The notes: generated by a model not told the origin, from the letters alone. A DNA stretch of 40,186 bases from Bradymonadales bacterium (GCA_007693605.1 REDG01000044.1:1-40186); one strand, 5' to 3'; numbered from the stretch's first letter, positions 1-10,003 are shown. Program-made: numbers and translations.

Positions 1-155
1 AGCGAGCATCGCAGTGTGGTTTAGATGCCACTCGAGAAGCGCAGCGACGCAGCCGACACTGCAACGCGGGAAAGGAGCGTTGCAGCCATCCTCAAATCAT
101 GTCGACCGAAGGTCGACCAGAGTGTAGGGGCAGATGGGCCTTTAGCGACACTCCC
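1..155 (+). repeat. Structured dispersed repeat, copy 1 (MITE-like; left end cut off by the window edge)
   Basis: Near-identical to 10042-10194; ends in GGGCAGATGGGCCTTTAGCGACACTCCC, also present at 18738-18765; several internal hairpins. Confidence 0.9.
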
Positions 156-158
156 TCT

Positions 159-1370
159 TTAGGCCGGTGTCTGAGGGCGATAAGCGCGAAGCACTCGAGA
201 GAGCATTCGGTGCCTAGAATCATAAACCCTCAGCTCGATGGATTTGATGTCCAATCCGACAAGATGCTCCGGCAATTCTTGATCGAAAACGATCTTTTGA
301 GGAACTCCCAGCTCTGTCTGCAAACTCTCATCAAAAAAATGTCCGTTCTGAAAGTGAAGCCCGTTGTGAAAGTGAACCCGGTAGCGAACAACAAAAAACT
401 GATCTCGCTCCAGATTCATCTGATAACTCAGCTGCAAATGAACCCTTTCATCATTTCGCTGCAAATCATACGACTCCAAAAGAAAGAAATCATCTACCTC
501 AGAGACTGCTCTGGGCTGAAGACGATTCAGAATAGGCATCAAATTTGGCATCCGATAGGCGATCTCATTCTCAATCCAAACAATTTGCTCGCGAAGCTTG
601 GTGATTCTCTCTGACTGGGGTCGATTGAGCCTCGCTCTCGACAGTTGAGACACCGCCCTTCGAAGCTGAGCCTGGGTGTCGTCGAAGTGCCCCTGTTCTA
701 GAAAGCCCTTCGCGGTGTCGATAAAATACTGAGTATCCATCACGGCCACATGATAGTTAGCCGCTCTCAACTGCTCCCCAAGCGCCGCTATTTCTTCTGA
801 CACATCGTGAACTCGAAAAAGAAGAACAGAGTCAAATTCTAGGCGAGCCTTTCGAAGTTCAGCGCTAGCCTCTCGATACCTTCCTTCTTCTAACAAGGTC
901 TTTCCTGTCTCATACAGTCGCCGCGCAGAATCCCTTCGCCTACTTGAGGCAACAATGGCCATCGCCTCTCTCGCTCGATCTTCATATGCTGGCTCTTGCT
1001 GCAATCGCAAAAAGAGCGCTTCAGCTTCATCATGAAAGCCGTTTTCTAGAAGCCCTTCTGCAATTCGAAAGACGGCCTCGTTATACTCACGAATCAGAAC
1101 CGGATCTTCTGTCCAAATAGACTCTAAGGCCTCCAGATTTCTTTGTGCTGCAAGAAAATGATTCAGCTTCAAATTTTGATAGACCCGAGCAAGCACCAGG
1201 CGATACTGGTCTTCCATCGCTCGGCGATCCTCTAACCTTTGCTCCCTCCGCTCTTCGATTTCATCGATGCGAGACTTTTGTTGAAGGACAAAGCCCAAAG
1301 CGATCATCGCCGTGAGAAACACGCCCCCTAGCGAGATTGACCATGCCATGACTGTCTTCCGTTCCACCAC
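159..1370 (-). CDS. Membrane-anchored helical (TPR-like) hypothetical protein
   Basis: 403-aa ORF; N-terminal hydrophobic helix followed by repeated A/L/E-rich helices; start codon uncertain. Confidence 0.7.
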   Translation of the reverse strand: MVERKTVMAWSISLGGVFLTAMIALGFVLQQKSRIDEIEERREQRLEDRRAMEDQYRLVLARVYQNLKLNHFLAAQRNLEALESIWTEDPVLIREYNEAVFRIAEGLLENGFHDEAEALFLRLQQEPAYEDRAREAMAIVASSRRRDSARRLYETGKTLLEEGRYREASAELRKARLEFDSVLLFRVHDVSEEIAALGEQLRAANYHVAVMDTQYFIDTAKGFLEQGHFDDTQAQLRRAVSQLSRARLNRPQSERITKLREQIVWIENEIAYRMPNLMPILNRLQPRAVSEVDDFFLLESYDLQRNDERVHLQLSYQMNLERDQFFVVRYRVHFHNGLHFQNGHFFDESLQTELGVPQKIVFDQELPEHLVGLDIKSIELRVYDSRHRMLSRVLRAYRPQTPA

Positions 1371-1460
1371 CCCCAGTATAGCCTAAGCCCATTCAGCAAG
1401 CCTGCCGGAAACTCCTAATTTAATTGAAGTTTTTGATCGCATTTGATGATATGTCGCATT

Positions 1461-3239
1461 ATGGGGAATAAGAACACAAAATCAGCGAAAAAGCCGGCTA
1501 AACCGATCTCTCCGAGACCTGGCAGCCTGAAACGAAAAAGATCCAAGGCTGAGGTTTCGATGCCAGAGACCGAGTTGAAGACGAAACAAACTCGAAGAGC
1601 CGCCAAACCGATGCGAGAAAATGCAGAAAGCATGGCCAAAAGGCAGAGAGAAATCTCGGTCTCAGAGTTTTTTGCAAAGAACAGACACCTTCTTGGTTTC
1701 GACAACCCTAGAAAGGCTTTGCTCACTGCGGTAAAAGAGGCGATCGACAACAGCCTTGACGCCTGCGAAGAGGCCGGAATTTTGCCCGAGCTTCGGGTGG
1801 AGCTAAAGAGAATTGGAGCAAAGATTGTTGAAGAAAGCGAATCTGAATCGGAGAACACGAAGCCCAAGAAGAGAAAGGGTCCCGTTCCGACCGAAAGATT
1901 TGAGCTGAAGATCATCGACAATGGTCCGGGCATTCTGACCACTCAGATTCCAAAAATCTTCGGTAAACTTCTCTATGGCTCTAAGTTTCACCGACTCAAA
2001 ATGTCTCGGGGTCAGCAGGGCATCGGAATTTCGGCTGCCGGCATGTATGGCCAGATGACCACGGGAATTCCTGTTCGCATCCTCTCGAAGCTCCCCAAAA
2101 AAGATAAGGCCTATCAAGTCGATCTTAAAATTGACACCAAGACCAACAAGCCCATTGTCCTCTCAGAGAAGGAAGTACCTTGGCCAGAGAAAACGGAGTC
2201 AGGGACTTCGGTGTGTATTACTCTTGAGGGAAGGTACCAGCGCGGTCGGCAATCGATCGACGAGTTCATTCTTCAGAACACCCTGAGCAATCCCCATGCG
2301 AGCTTCCTCTTTATCGATCCAGATGCTGAAAAGTTTGAGTACCCAAGAAGCACAAGCGAAATGCCCGAGCTGCCAGCAGAAATCAAACCTCACCCCTACG
2401 GAGTCGAGCTTGGCAACTTTCACCGCCTTGCACAAGACAGCTCAGCCAAGACGCTCAAAGACTTTTTAGTGAAGGATTTCTCAAGGGTGTCTGAAAAAGT
2501 CGCTTCAGAGATTCTGACAGAAGCCGGCCTGAAGAATTCTAAACTGAAAACGCTTAGTTCTGAGAATCTGAATCTGGTGCATCAAGCCATTCCGAAAGTG
2601 GACATTAAAAACCCGCCAACTCATTGCGTCATCCCCATCGGTGAAGACCTACTGACCGAAACACTGCGGCAAAAGACCGCGGCCGAATTTTTTGTGGCCA
2701 CAACACGCAGCCCAAGCGTCTATCGCGGCAACCCCTTTATTGTGGAAGCCGCGCTTGCTTTCGGGGGTGAGCTTTCATCCGAAGAGCCCATGCAGGTTTT
2801 TCGCTTTGCCAATCGGGTGCCGCTTCTCTTTCAACCCGCCGCTTGCGCATCCGTTCGCGTTCTCACCAAAATTGAATGGAAGAAGTACGGCTTAAGTCAG
2901 TCGAAGGGCTCTCTTCCCATTGGCCCGGTGGCCGTAATCATTCATGTCGGAAGTGTGTGGGTGCCATTCACTTCTGAAAGCAAAGAAGCCATTGCCGACT
3001 ACCCTGAAATCAAACAAGAGATTCGACTGGCCATCTTAGAATGCGCTCGCAAGATGAATCTTTATCTGTCTAAAAGGCGTCGCGCTGCCGAAGCCGCCAG
3101 AAAGGCGAACTATATTGATACCTATATTCCCTATATCGGTGAAGCTCTTCAAGACATGCTAAAACTCAAAGAGGGGCAAAAAGAGAAGGTCATTATGACT
3201 TTGAGAGAAACTTTAGAAAAAACCCGAATCGAGGTGTGA
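1461..3239 (+). CDS. top6B: DNA topoisomerase VI subunit B
   Basis: GHKL motifs [55 protein letters not shown]; start uncertain. Confidence 0.95.
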   Translation: MGNKNTKSAKKPAKPISPRPGSLKRKRSKAEVSMPETELKTKQTRRAAKPMRENAESMAKRQREISVSEFFAKNRHLLGFDNPRKALLTAVKEAIDNSLDACEEAGILPELRVELKRIGAKIVEESESESENTKPKKRKGPVPTERFELKIIDNGPGILTTQIPKIFGKLLYGSKFHRLKMSRGQQGIGISAAGMYGQMTTGIPVRILSKLPKKDKAYQVDLKIDTKTNKPIVLSEKEVPWPEKTESGTSVCITLEGRYQRGRQSIDEFILQNTLSNPHASFLFIDPDAEKFEYPRSTSEMPELPAEIKPHPYGVELGNFHRLAQDSSAKTLKDFLVKDFSRVSEKVASEILTEAGLKNSKLKTLSSENLNLVHQAIPKVDIKNPPTHCVIPIGEDLLTETLRQKTAAEFFVATTRSPSVYRGNPFIVEAALAFGGELSSEEPMQVFRFANRVPLLFQPAACASVRVLTKIEWKKYGLSQSKGSLPIGPVAVIIHVGSVWVPFTSESKEAIADYPEIKQEIRLAILECARKMNLYLSKRRRAAEAARKANYIDTYIPYIGEALQDMLKLKEGQKEKVIMTLRETLEKTRIEV

Positions 3240-3240
3240 A

Positions 3241-4356
3241 GTGGCCGTGCGAAGCAAAAAGAAAGAACCGACCGATAGGACTGCCTTAGGCAATATTGAA
3301 AAAACCGCGAAGGATGTTTACGAAAAGGCCTTGAAGAAACAGAAGCCTCAACTAAAACTTCCCGTTCGTTCTTTGAGCAATGTCCGTTATCGATCAAAAT
3401 CTGGGTTTTTAGAACTGGCCAACCAGTACAAGACCAGAACTCTGACATACAACACCGTCAAGGGCTTTGCCCAAACTCTTAAGATGATGTCCGTCTCAAA
3501 AGAACTGATCGAAACCAACGACCATGCTTCGAAGAGGGAGATGTATTATATTTCAAAAAACTGGGGGCCGGCCCGATTTGACGAACAGCCAGAGAGCGAC
3601 ACCGTCATGGACGACATTGAGGCCATGATGACGGTGAATCGAGAGCAGCTCCGATTCATTCCCGAAGAAAAGGGCGGCGAGGTTGCTGGCAAGCTGTTGG
3701 TGATTGACCGAGACCGAGAGACCAAAAAACCGATTCGCATTGACTGTACAGGCTTCGGATCTGGAGCTTACAGCATTCCCATTTCTGTGGAGCACCTTCA
3801 GTTTGAAACCAAAGCGAAGTTCATTCTGTGCATTGAAACTGCGGGAATGTTTCAAAGGCTGGTGGCGCACAACTACTGGAGAAAGGCGAACTGCATTCTC
3901 ATTTCAATGGGAGGCGTTCCGACTCGAGCATGTCGCAGGTTCGTCCGACGCTTGGCAGACGAAATGAAGCTTCCGGTTTATACATTCGTCGACGGTGATC
4001 CCTACGGAATTGCAAACATCTACCGCACTCTGAAGGTGGGATCAGGAAATGCAGCCCATATTAACCGATTCTTTTGCGTTCCTCAGGCGAAGTTCTTGGG
4101 GGTGACCCCGCAAGATATCGTTGACTACGAGCTGCCAACTCACCCTCTGAAAGATGTTGATATCAAGCGCGCCAAAGACGCTCTGAAGAATGACCCCTTT
4201 TTCAAGGCCCATCGGGAGTGGGTCAAAGCCATCGAGCAAATGCTGAAGATGGGCGTTCGGGCAGAACAGCAGGCCCTGGCAAAACACGGCTTGAACTATG
4301 TGATTGATGAATATCTTCCGAGAAAGATTAAAAGTGCCTCTAAATTTCTTCCATGA
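3241..4356 (+). CDS. top6A: DNA topoisomerase VI subunit A (Spo11-like)
   Basis: REMYY catalytic Tyr motif, IETAG, Toprim DGDPYG, AEQQAL; starts 1 nt after the top6B stop. Confidence 0.95.
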   Translation: MAVRSKKKEPTDRTALGNIEKTAKDVYEKALKKQKPQLKLPVRSLSNVRYRSKSGFLELANQYKTRTLTYNTVKGFAQTLKMMSVSKELIETNDHASKREMYYISKNWGPARFDEQPESDTVMDDIEAMMTVNREQLRFIPEEKGGEVAGKLLVIDRDRETKKPIRIDCTGFGSGAYSIPISVEHLQFETKAKFILCIETAGMFQRLVAHNYWRKANCILISMGGVPTRACRRFVRRLADEMKLPVYTFVDGDPYGIANIYRTLKVGSGNAAHINRFFCVPQAKFLGVTPQDIVDYELPTHPLKDVDIKRAKDALKNDPFFKAHREWVKAIEQMLKMGVRAEQQALAKHGLNYVIDEYLPRKIKSASKFLP

Positions 4357-4360
4357 GAGC

Positions 4361-4885
4361 TTGAAGATTCCACTGAAAGCTCGTCTCGTGCTGATTGAGG
4401 ACTCTTCGACGAGTCGGGCCTCTGCTCAAAAGCTCATTCAACTTTTGGGGCTGGCACTTTGCCTGCTTTTGGGGACGGCCTGTCAGAGCGCGCGCTCTCC
4501 GGATTCCGCCCATGCGGCTGCCGCCTCGGCTGGTGGGAGCGATGCCTCTGTTTCAGAGCTTCAGTCCTTTTTCTGGGAGATCCTATCTCAAGCAGAAACC
4601 AGGCTCCAAGAGGTCATTGATGCCCAGTTCTTCACTGGCGTGAATCCTGCCTTTAGCAGCGGCCAAGTGGAGATGAGGGCGGTCGAGCGAAGGCTCTCGG
4701 TTGGGCTTGCACCGAAGCCCCCAGAGTCTGAGCAGAAAGCTCTTCTGCTGAAGGCCCATGAGGAACTTCTTGGCGTTTTGAAAAGCCTCTCTGGCGAGCA
4801 GGGCCTAGATCGAAGAGATCAAGCCTACTTTCGGCAACTGGCCATGGAGCTCGAACAAAGCCTAATGCGCTTGAGTTTCGATTGA
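4361..4885 (+). CDS. Hypothetical lipoprotein
   Basis: Hydrophobic stretch ending in the lipobox-like LLGTAC; start approximate. Confidence 0.55.
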   Translation: MKIPLKARLVLIEDSSTSRASAQKLIQLLGLALCLLLGTACQSARSPDSAHAAAASAGGSDASVSELQSFFWEILSQAETRLQEVIDAQFFTGVNPAFSSGQVEMRAVERRLSVGLAPKPPESEQKALLLKAHEELLGVLKSLSGEQGLDRRDQAYFRQLAMELEQSLMRLSFD

Positions 4886-4910
4886 TTGAAGGCTCTATGG
4901 CCACTAAGCT
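4882..4910 (+). promoter_or_regulatory. Putative sigma70 promoter, probably leaderless, for the ABC operon
   Basis: TTGATT-17 nt-TAAGCT, then 6 nt to ATG 4917. Confidence 0.45.
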
Positions 4911-4916
4911 AGAGGC

Positions 4917-6614
4917 ATGAATTTTCATTCCTATCGGCTTATCCCCCTTCTGATTGTAACCCTTTTCTTCGTCAGCTCTTGTCAGCGCTCTGATCAGTCT
5001 GAATCGGTCTGGCGAGACGCTTCTACCTACGAAGGCCCCGCCGTCAAAAACGATTGGATGGTCACCCAAATTGGAGCAAGTCCGAGTATTCTGAACCCCG
5101 TCTTGTCGTCTGACCTCTACGCCACCCAAGTGGAAGACTGGATTTTTGATCAATTGATTAGGCCAAACTACCAAACGGGAGAGCCCATCGGATCGCTCGC
5201 AAGCTCTTGGACCGTCAGTGAGAATGGTTTGACCTATGATTTCTTTATTCGAGAAAATGCCAAGTTCCATGATGGCACTCCCCTCACGGCAGAGGATGTC
5301 AGATTTTCTTTTGATATTATCAAAGATCCGAATGTCGATGCCGCTCATCTTCAAAATTATTATGCGGCCTTGGATAGAGTAGAAGTCATAGGTCCCCATC
5401 ACCTTCGCTTTCATATGAATGATCGCTACTATAGAAACCTGATTGTTTTGGGAACCACCAAGATCATGCCGAAACATATCTACGGGGAGGGGAATTTCAA
5501 TCAAAACCCTGCCAATCGAGCACCAGTAGGGAGTGGCCCCTATCGCTTTCTGCGTTGGGATACCGGCCGGATGATCGAACTCGAGAGAACTGAAGATTGG
5601 TGGGGAACAGAAGTGCCTTATTGGAAGGATCGTTATAATTTCGATCGGATTCTTGTACGAATTATCACAGAAAACTCCGTTGCCTCGATGGCCACTCGTC
5701 GAGGAGAGATTGATGTCATTGAACCGCTGCCAGAGCAGTTTGTGGATGATTTTTCTAGCCCAGAAATTGAGGAGAGATTCTATCGTTTACAGTTTTCTAC
5801 TATGGATGGGGCCGGCTATCGCTATGTGGGCTGGAATCTAAAGAAAGAAGTCTTTTCAGATCGCCGAGTTCGCCAGGCTCTGGCACACGCCTTTCCTGCC
5901 GATCTGATTAACCAACGAGTTTTTAAAGGCATCATGCGGCAGGCTGTGGGGCCTTTTCCGAAAGCCAGCCCGAAGACGCATCCCGATCTGAAGCCCTATG
6001 CTTTTGACGAGGCTCGAGCAGCACAACTTCTCGACGAGGCGGGTTGGAAGCGCCCGAATCCTGGGGCCCTAAGACAAAAAGACGGGAAAAACTTTGAGTT
6101 CGGCTTTATGTATGTCGCCAACAACCCCACTTTAGATCGCCTGGCTTTGATTTATCAGAGAACGCTGGCGGATCTTGGCATTCGAATGAATCTTCGAACT
6201 CTAGAGTGGACGGTTTTTCTAGAAAATATGAACGACGGAAATTTCGATGCGATTATGCTTTCTTGGTCGAGCAGCTGGGATAGTGACCCCTTTCAGATTT
6301 GGCATTCGACTCAATACGCCAATCGCGGCAGCAACCGAATTGCATTCTCGAACAAAAGAGTGGATCAGCTGTTGGAAAAGGCGCGCATCACCCTCGATCG
6401 AGAAGAGAGAAATCTTCTGTATCAGGAGTTCACAAAGATTATTCACGAAGAGACTCCCTATCTCTTTGTCTTTGAAAGGCCTGAGCTTCTGATTGTCAAT
6501 CGACGAATGCAGGGCGTTGAACCTGTTGGGAAGATGGGGCCAGACATTCCTGCCTTCTTCACTCCTCCGGGCTTTGAGCGATACGGCAGGAGTGGAGCTT
6601 CCGCATCAAGATAG
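4917..6614 (+). CDS. Peptide ABC transporter substrate-binding lipoprotein (family 5, OppA/AppA-like)
   Basis: Lipobox FVSSC; KFHDGTPLTAEDVRFS; PVGSGPYRF; DRRVRQAL. Confidence 0.92.
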   Translation: MNFHSYRLIPLLIVTLFFVSSCQRSDQSESVWRDASTYEGPAVKNDWMVTQIGASPSILNPVLSSDLYATQVEDWIFDQLIRPNYQTGEPIGSLASSWTVSENGLTYDFFIRENAKFHDGTPLTAEDVRFSFDIIKDPNVDAAHLQNYYAALDRVEVIGPHHLRFHMNDRYYRNLIVLGTTKIMPKHIYGEGNFNQNPANRAPVGSGPYRFLRWDTGRMIELERTEDWWGTEVPYWKDRYNFDRILVRIITENSVASMATRRGEIDVIEPLPEQFVDDFSSPEIEERFYRLQFSTMDGAGYRYVGWNLKKEVFSDRRVRQALAHAFPADLINQRVFKGIMRQAVGPFPKASPKTHPDLKPYAFDEARAAQLLDEAGWKRPNPGALRQKDGKNFEFGFMYVANNPTLDRLALIYQRTLADLGIRMNLRTLEWTVFLENMNDGNFDAIMLSWSSSWDSDPFQIWHSTQYANRGSNRIAFSNKRVDQLLEKARITLDREERNLLYQEFTKIIHEETPYLFVFERPELLIVNRRMQGVEPVGKMGPDIPAFFTPPGFERYGRSGASASR

Positions 6615-6632
6615 ACGAGTGAAGCATATTCC

Positions 6633-7646
6633 ATGAAGCGATACCTCATCACGCGAGCCTTTCTTTTTCTCTTTACCCTTTGGGGAATCACGATCGTTAC
6701 ATTTGGAATGCTTCAGCTCGCGCCCGGATCTCCGCTTGAGATGAAGCTCCTCTCGGACCCCACGGGAGGAATGGGAGATCGCTCGATGATTACAGAAGAC
6801 CAGATCGAGCGGCTTCGAGCTCAGTATCATCTCGATAAACCGATTTTGCATCGCTATGTTCTCTGGCTCAAAGACATTGCGGTTTTGGATTTTGGGACCT
6901 CATTCGTTGATCACCGTCCGGTAATTGAAAAAATCGGTGAGCGACTTCCTATTTCTCTGATTTTTGGTGGCTCCGCCATTTTTTTGGCCCTCTTTTTGGG
7001 AATTCCCCTGGGCCTTCTCAGTGGTCGCTTTCACAACCGACCTCTTGATCGGGGCATCGCCTTTTTTAGCATCGCCCTCTATGCGATGCCCTCCTATGTT
7101 TTGGGGATTTTGCTTCTGACTTTTTTGGGGAGTGATGAGTTTCTGAATATCTTTCCGATTTACGGAATCCAATCGGATAATTATCGGGAGTTGAGTCTTT
7201 TTGGAAAGGCCTTCGACCGTTTACATCACTTCGTTCTGCCCTGTGTTTGCTACAGTATCGGAGGCTTGGCTTATATCACCCAGCAACAGCGGGCCTCGAT
7301 TTTGGAGTGCCTGCATCAGGATTATGTGCGAACGGCTCGCGCCAAGGGGCAGACCGAGCGAGTGGTTTTTTATCGCCATGCCTTTCGCAATAGTTTGATT
7401 CCAATCGTCACTATTCTTGGCGCACTCATTCCGGGCATCGTGGGTTCGAGCATTATCATTGAGAGTTTGTTTTCGATTCCCGGCTTAGGGCTTTTGGTCT
7501 TTGAGTCTTTGCTGGCTCGTGATTACCCAACCATTATGGCGAATTTTGTCATCGGGGGCGTACTCACTCTATCGGGGATTCTTCTCTCAGATATTTTGTA
7601 TGTGGTGGTCGACCCCAGAATTCATTTTGGGAGCGCGAATTCATGA
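6633..7646 (+). CDS. Peptide ABC transporter permease (OppB/DppB-like)
   Basis: DYVRTARAKG...HAFRNSLIP; IIESLFSIPGLG; several TM helices. Confidence 0.92.
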   Translation: MKRYLITRAFLFLFTLWGITIVTFGMLQLAPGSPLEMKLLSDPTGGMGDRSMITEDQIERLRAQYHLDKPILHRYVLWLKDIAVLDFGTSFVDHRPVIEKIGERLPISLIFGGSAIFLALFLGIPLGLLSGRFHNRPLDRGIAFFSIALYAMPSYVLGILLLTFLGSDEFLNIFPIYGIQSDNYRELSLFGKAFDRLHHFVLPCVCYSIGGLAYITQQQRASILECLHQDYVRTARAKGQTERVVFYRHAFRNSLIPIVTILGALIPGIVGSSIIIESLFSIPGLGLLVFESLLARDYPTIMANFVIGGVLTLSGILLSDILYVVVDPRIHFGSANS

Positions 7647-8518
7647 TGCATCGAGTTCCTAAAATGACATGGATTTCAGGCTTCTTCGTGCTGATTTTTT
7701 TGCTTTGCGCCTTCTTTGCCCCATGGGTTGCGAACGAGCCTGGGGTTCGATCTTTTCAACTCTATCCGATAGGGCCCGACACCCCTCCGATCGCGCAGAT
7801 GCTCGACCGAGAGCCTCCGGGGACGATGAGCCTCGACGGTCGCCAGTATATTCTTGGTACGGATCATGTGGGGCGCGACCTTTTCGCTCGAATCGTGCAT
7901 GGAATTCGAAACTCCCTTCTGTTTGCCCTGGCCGTTGTGAGCATTTGTATTTTCTTGGGCATTGTTCTTGGGGGCATTATGGGGCTCTATGGGGGCAAGG
8001 TTGATCTCATTCTTCAAAGATTTATGGAGATTGTGGGAAACTTTCCGATCTTCCTTCTGCAGCTCACTCTGCTCGCCTTTTTTGAGCGGAATTATTGGAT
8101 ACTTTTGTTTGTGATGATTTTGGCGGGATGGATTCCCTACTGTCGATTTGTGAGAGCAGAATTTTTAAAGCTCAGGTCTCAGGACTTCGTGCAATCCGCC
8201 TACGCTTTGGGGGCGAGTCGATTCCGAATTTTTCGAAAGCATCTGCTGCCCAACTCTTTGACCCCGGTGATCACCTTTGTTCCTTTTGACCTGGCACAGG
8301 TCATTGTTGTTTTGGGAGCCCTGTCTTTCTTGGGCTTTGGAGAGCCCATTGATCAGGCGAGTTTGGGCGAGCTTCTGCGACAGGCGAAAGACAATTTTCG
8401 AGTAGCCTGGTGGATTGCCGTTTTTCCGGCTTCCGCCATCTTCCTGCTAACGCTGTCTCTGGCACTCTTTGGGTCCTCCATTCGAGATCTTCTTGATCCG
8501 CGATATGCAGAAAATTAA
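7643..8518 (+). CDS. Peptide ABC transporter permease (OppC/DppC-like)
   Basis: LGTDHVGRDLFARIVHG; DFVQSAYALGAS...HLLPN; RDLLDPR. Confidence 0.92.
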   Translation: MMHRVPKMTWISGFFVLIFLLCAFFAPWVANEPGVRSFQLYPIGPDTPPIAQMLDREPPGTMSLDGRQYILGTDHVGRDLFARIVHGIRNSLLFALAVVSICIFLGIVLGGIMGLYGGKVDLILQRFMEIVGNFPIFLLQLTLLAFFERNYWILLFVMILAGWIPYCRFVRAEFLKLRSQDFVQSAYALGASRFRIFRKHLLPNSLTPVITFVPFDLAQVIVVLGALSFLGFGEPIDQASLGELLRQAKDNFRVAWWIAVFPASAIFLLTLSLALFGSSIRDLLDPRYAEN

Positions 8519-8522
8519 GATC

Positions 8523-8562
8523 GGATGGGCCCTTAGCGATTCGGTGGGGAGTGTGATAAAGG
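8523..8562. repeat. Degenerate remnants of both termini of the dispersed repeat, adjacent to each other
   Basis: GGATGGGCCCTTAGCGA resembles the right end; GGGGAGTGTGATAAAGG resembles the left end (10004 GGGAGTGGTGATAAGGG). Confidence 0.5.
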
Positions 8563-8568
8563 AAGGCC

Positions 8569-9044
8569 TGAGTTGAAGGCTATAAGCCGGGTTCTGTCGA
8601 CTCCGAGAGGAGGCCATTCTTAGTTTCCTCTCAGGAGTGGACGATCATCAATCTGGAGAGTCTGTTACCAAACTCCCTCAAGCGACCTACCTCAGAACCT
8701 CAGAAATTTCATCAAGAGAGAGTCTTCTCTTGTCCGCTCACGCGGAAAGGTTCTTGTTTTGGTCTTGCACCCCATGGGGTTTAGCGCAACTGTCGTCACC
8801 GACAGAAGCCGTGAGCTCTTACCTCACGATTTCAACCTTACCTGATCCCTTGCGGGCCATCGGCGGTATATTTTCTGTGCCACTTTCCGTATCTGCCGAA
8901 GCAGACCCAGGCCGTTAGCCTGCATGGTGACTCCGCAGGAGTCTCTCCTTCTGTCGAAGAGAGATCAACCCGCCGGTGCCCGGACTTTCCTCCAGCTAAG
9001 TGCGAGTCTCCTCGACCAGCCAGCGACCGTCCACCTTCAACTCA
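8569..9044 (-). ncRNA. rnpB: RNase P RNA (bacterial A-type, with insertions)
   Basis: Minus strand has GAGGAAAGTCCGGGC, GGTAAGAGC and ACAGAACCCGGCTTAT; P1 = TGAGTTGAAGG/CCTTCAACTCA. Confidence 0.97.
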
Positions 9045-9076
9045 TAAAAGCATTTGTAGCAGAACTGGGCCTAAGA

Positions 9077-9853
9077 TCAAGAGCCCACTCCGCGAAGGAG
9101 CCGTTCAGTCTCTAGGGCCTCCGGAAGCTCAGATTCTGGAAACAAGATTCGAGAGCAACTGGAGCATGTAATCAACTGATTCAATTTCTTAAGATTTCCC
9201 CTAGTCTGAGGAGGTATCTCGACAAAACAGCCATGACAAATGCTGTCTCGGACAATCGCCACCCCAGAACCCCGTCTAAGCTTCTGAACCCTCTCGTACA
9301 TCGAAAAGATGCTTTCATTGACCTTCGAGATATAACCTTCTCGCTCTTTCATTAATCGAGCCGTCTCATTAGAGCTTTCTGCCAGCTCCTTCTGTCTCTG
9401 ATCCTGGTGTTCTTGGAAGAGTTTTTGGCACTCTTCCACCGCCGCCTTTTTTTCAGCGGTCAGCTTCGATCGCTCTTCGGTGGCCAGAGTCTTTTCTTCC
9501 AACATCTTTTTGACTTCAATCAGTTTTTTTTGAAAATTTTCAAGCTCTCGACCCGCTGAGAAATCTTCTTTGGTGTTTCGAACTTCTCGTCTCTTGACTT
9601 CAGCCTTCTTCACATCTTCTTGAAGGGTAATATGCCGAAGCTCTAAGGACCTTCTCTCTCGCTCAATCTCTCTCTCTGATTTCTCAGCCAGTTTTAGATC
9701 TCTTTGAGCTTCGTTTAACTTCTTCTCAGCCGCCAAGAAGTCGGGAGCGGGCTCGCGCTCCTTTTCTCGAAGCTGAAACAAAAGAGCATCGATCTCTTGT
9801 AGTCGAATTAAACTTAGAATGGACTCTTTTAGCTCTGCGGGCTCGAATTCCAC
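9077..9853 (-). CDS. C4-type zinc-ribbon coiled-coil protein (DUF164/CT398-like)
   Basis: LQEID N-terminus, long coiled coil, CHGC...CSSCSRIL; AGGAG SD before GTG 9853. Confidence 0.88.
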   Translation of the reverse strand: MEFEPAELKESILSLIRLQEIDALLFQLREKEREPAPDFLAAEKKLNEAQRDLKLAEKSEREIERERRSLELRHITLQEDVKKAEVKRREVRNTKEDFSAGRELENFQKKLIEVKKMLEEKTLATEERSKLTAEKKAAVEECQKLFQEHQDQRQKELAESSNETARLMKEREGYISKVNESIFSMYERVQKLRRGSGVAIVRDSICHGCFVEIPPQTRGNLKKLNQLITCSSCSRILFPESELPEALETERLLRGVGS

Positions 9854-9888
9854 GAGGACTCTCCTTTTCAACAATTGAATTCGGGGGC

Positions 9889-9917
9889 AGTTTAAGAGTT
9901 GACATAATAAATGTCTA
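9889..9917 (-). promoter_or_regulatory. Putative sigma70 promoter for the zinc-ribbon gene and rnpB
   Basis: TAGACA-17 nt-TAAACT on the minus strand; overlaps the palindrome GACAT-N5-ATGTC. Confidence 0.5.
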
Positions 9918-10003
9918 TTGTTGAGTCACAGAATCCTTCGCTTGCGCGCAGGGACCCGCTAGCCGTAGGCTCTGAGGAGATTGTCGCGCGACTCCTGACT
10001 ATA

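Noticed and set aside
99..614. 171-aa plus-strand ORF
   Set aside because: Starts inside the repeat and is antisense to the 403-aa gene; a shadow ORF
8637..9115. Small plus-strand ORFs
   Set aside because: Antisense to rnpB
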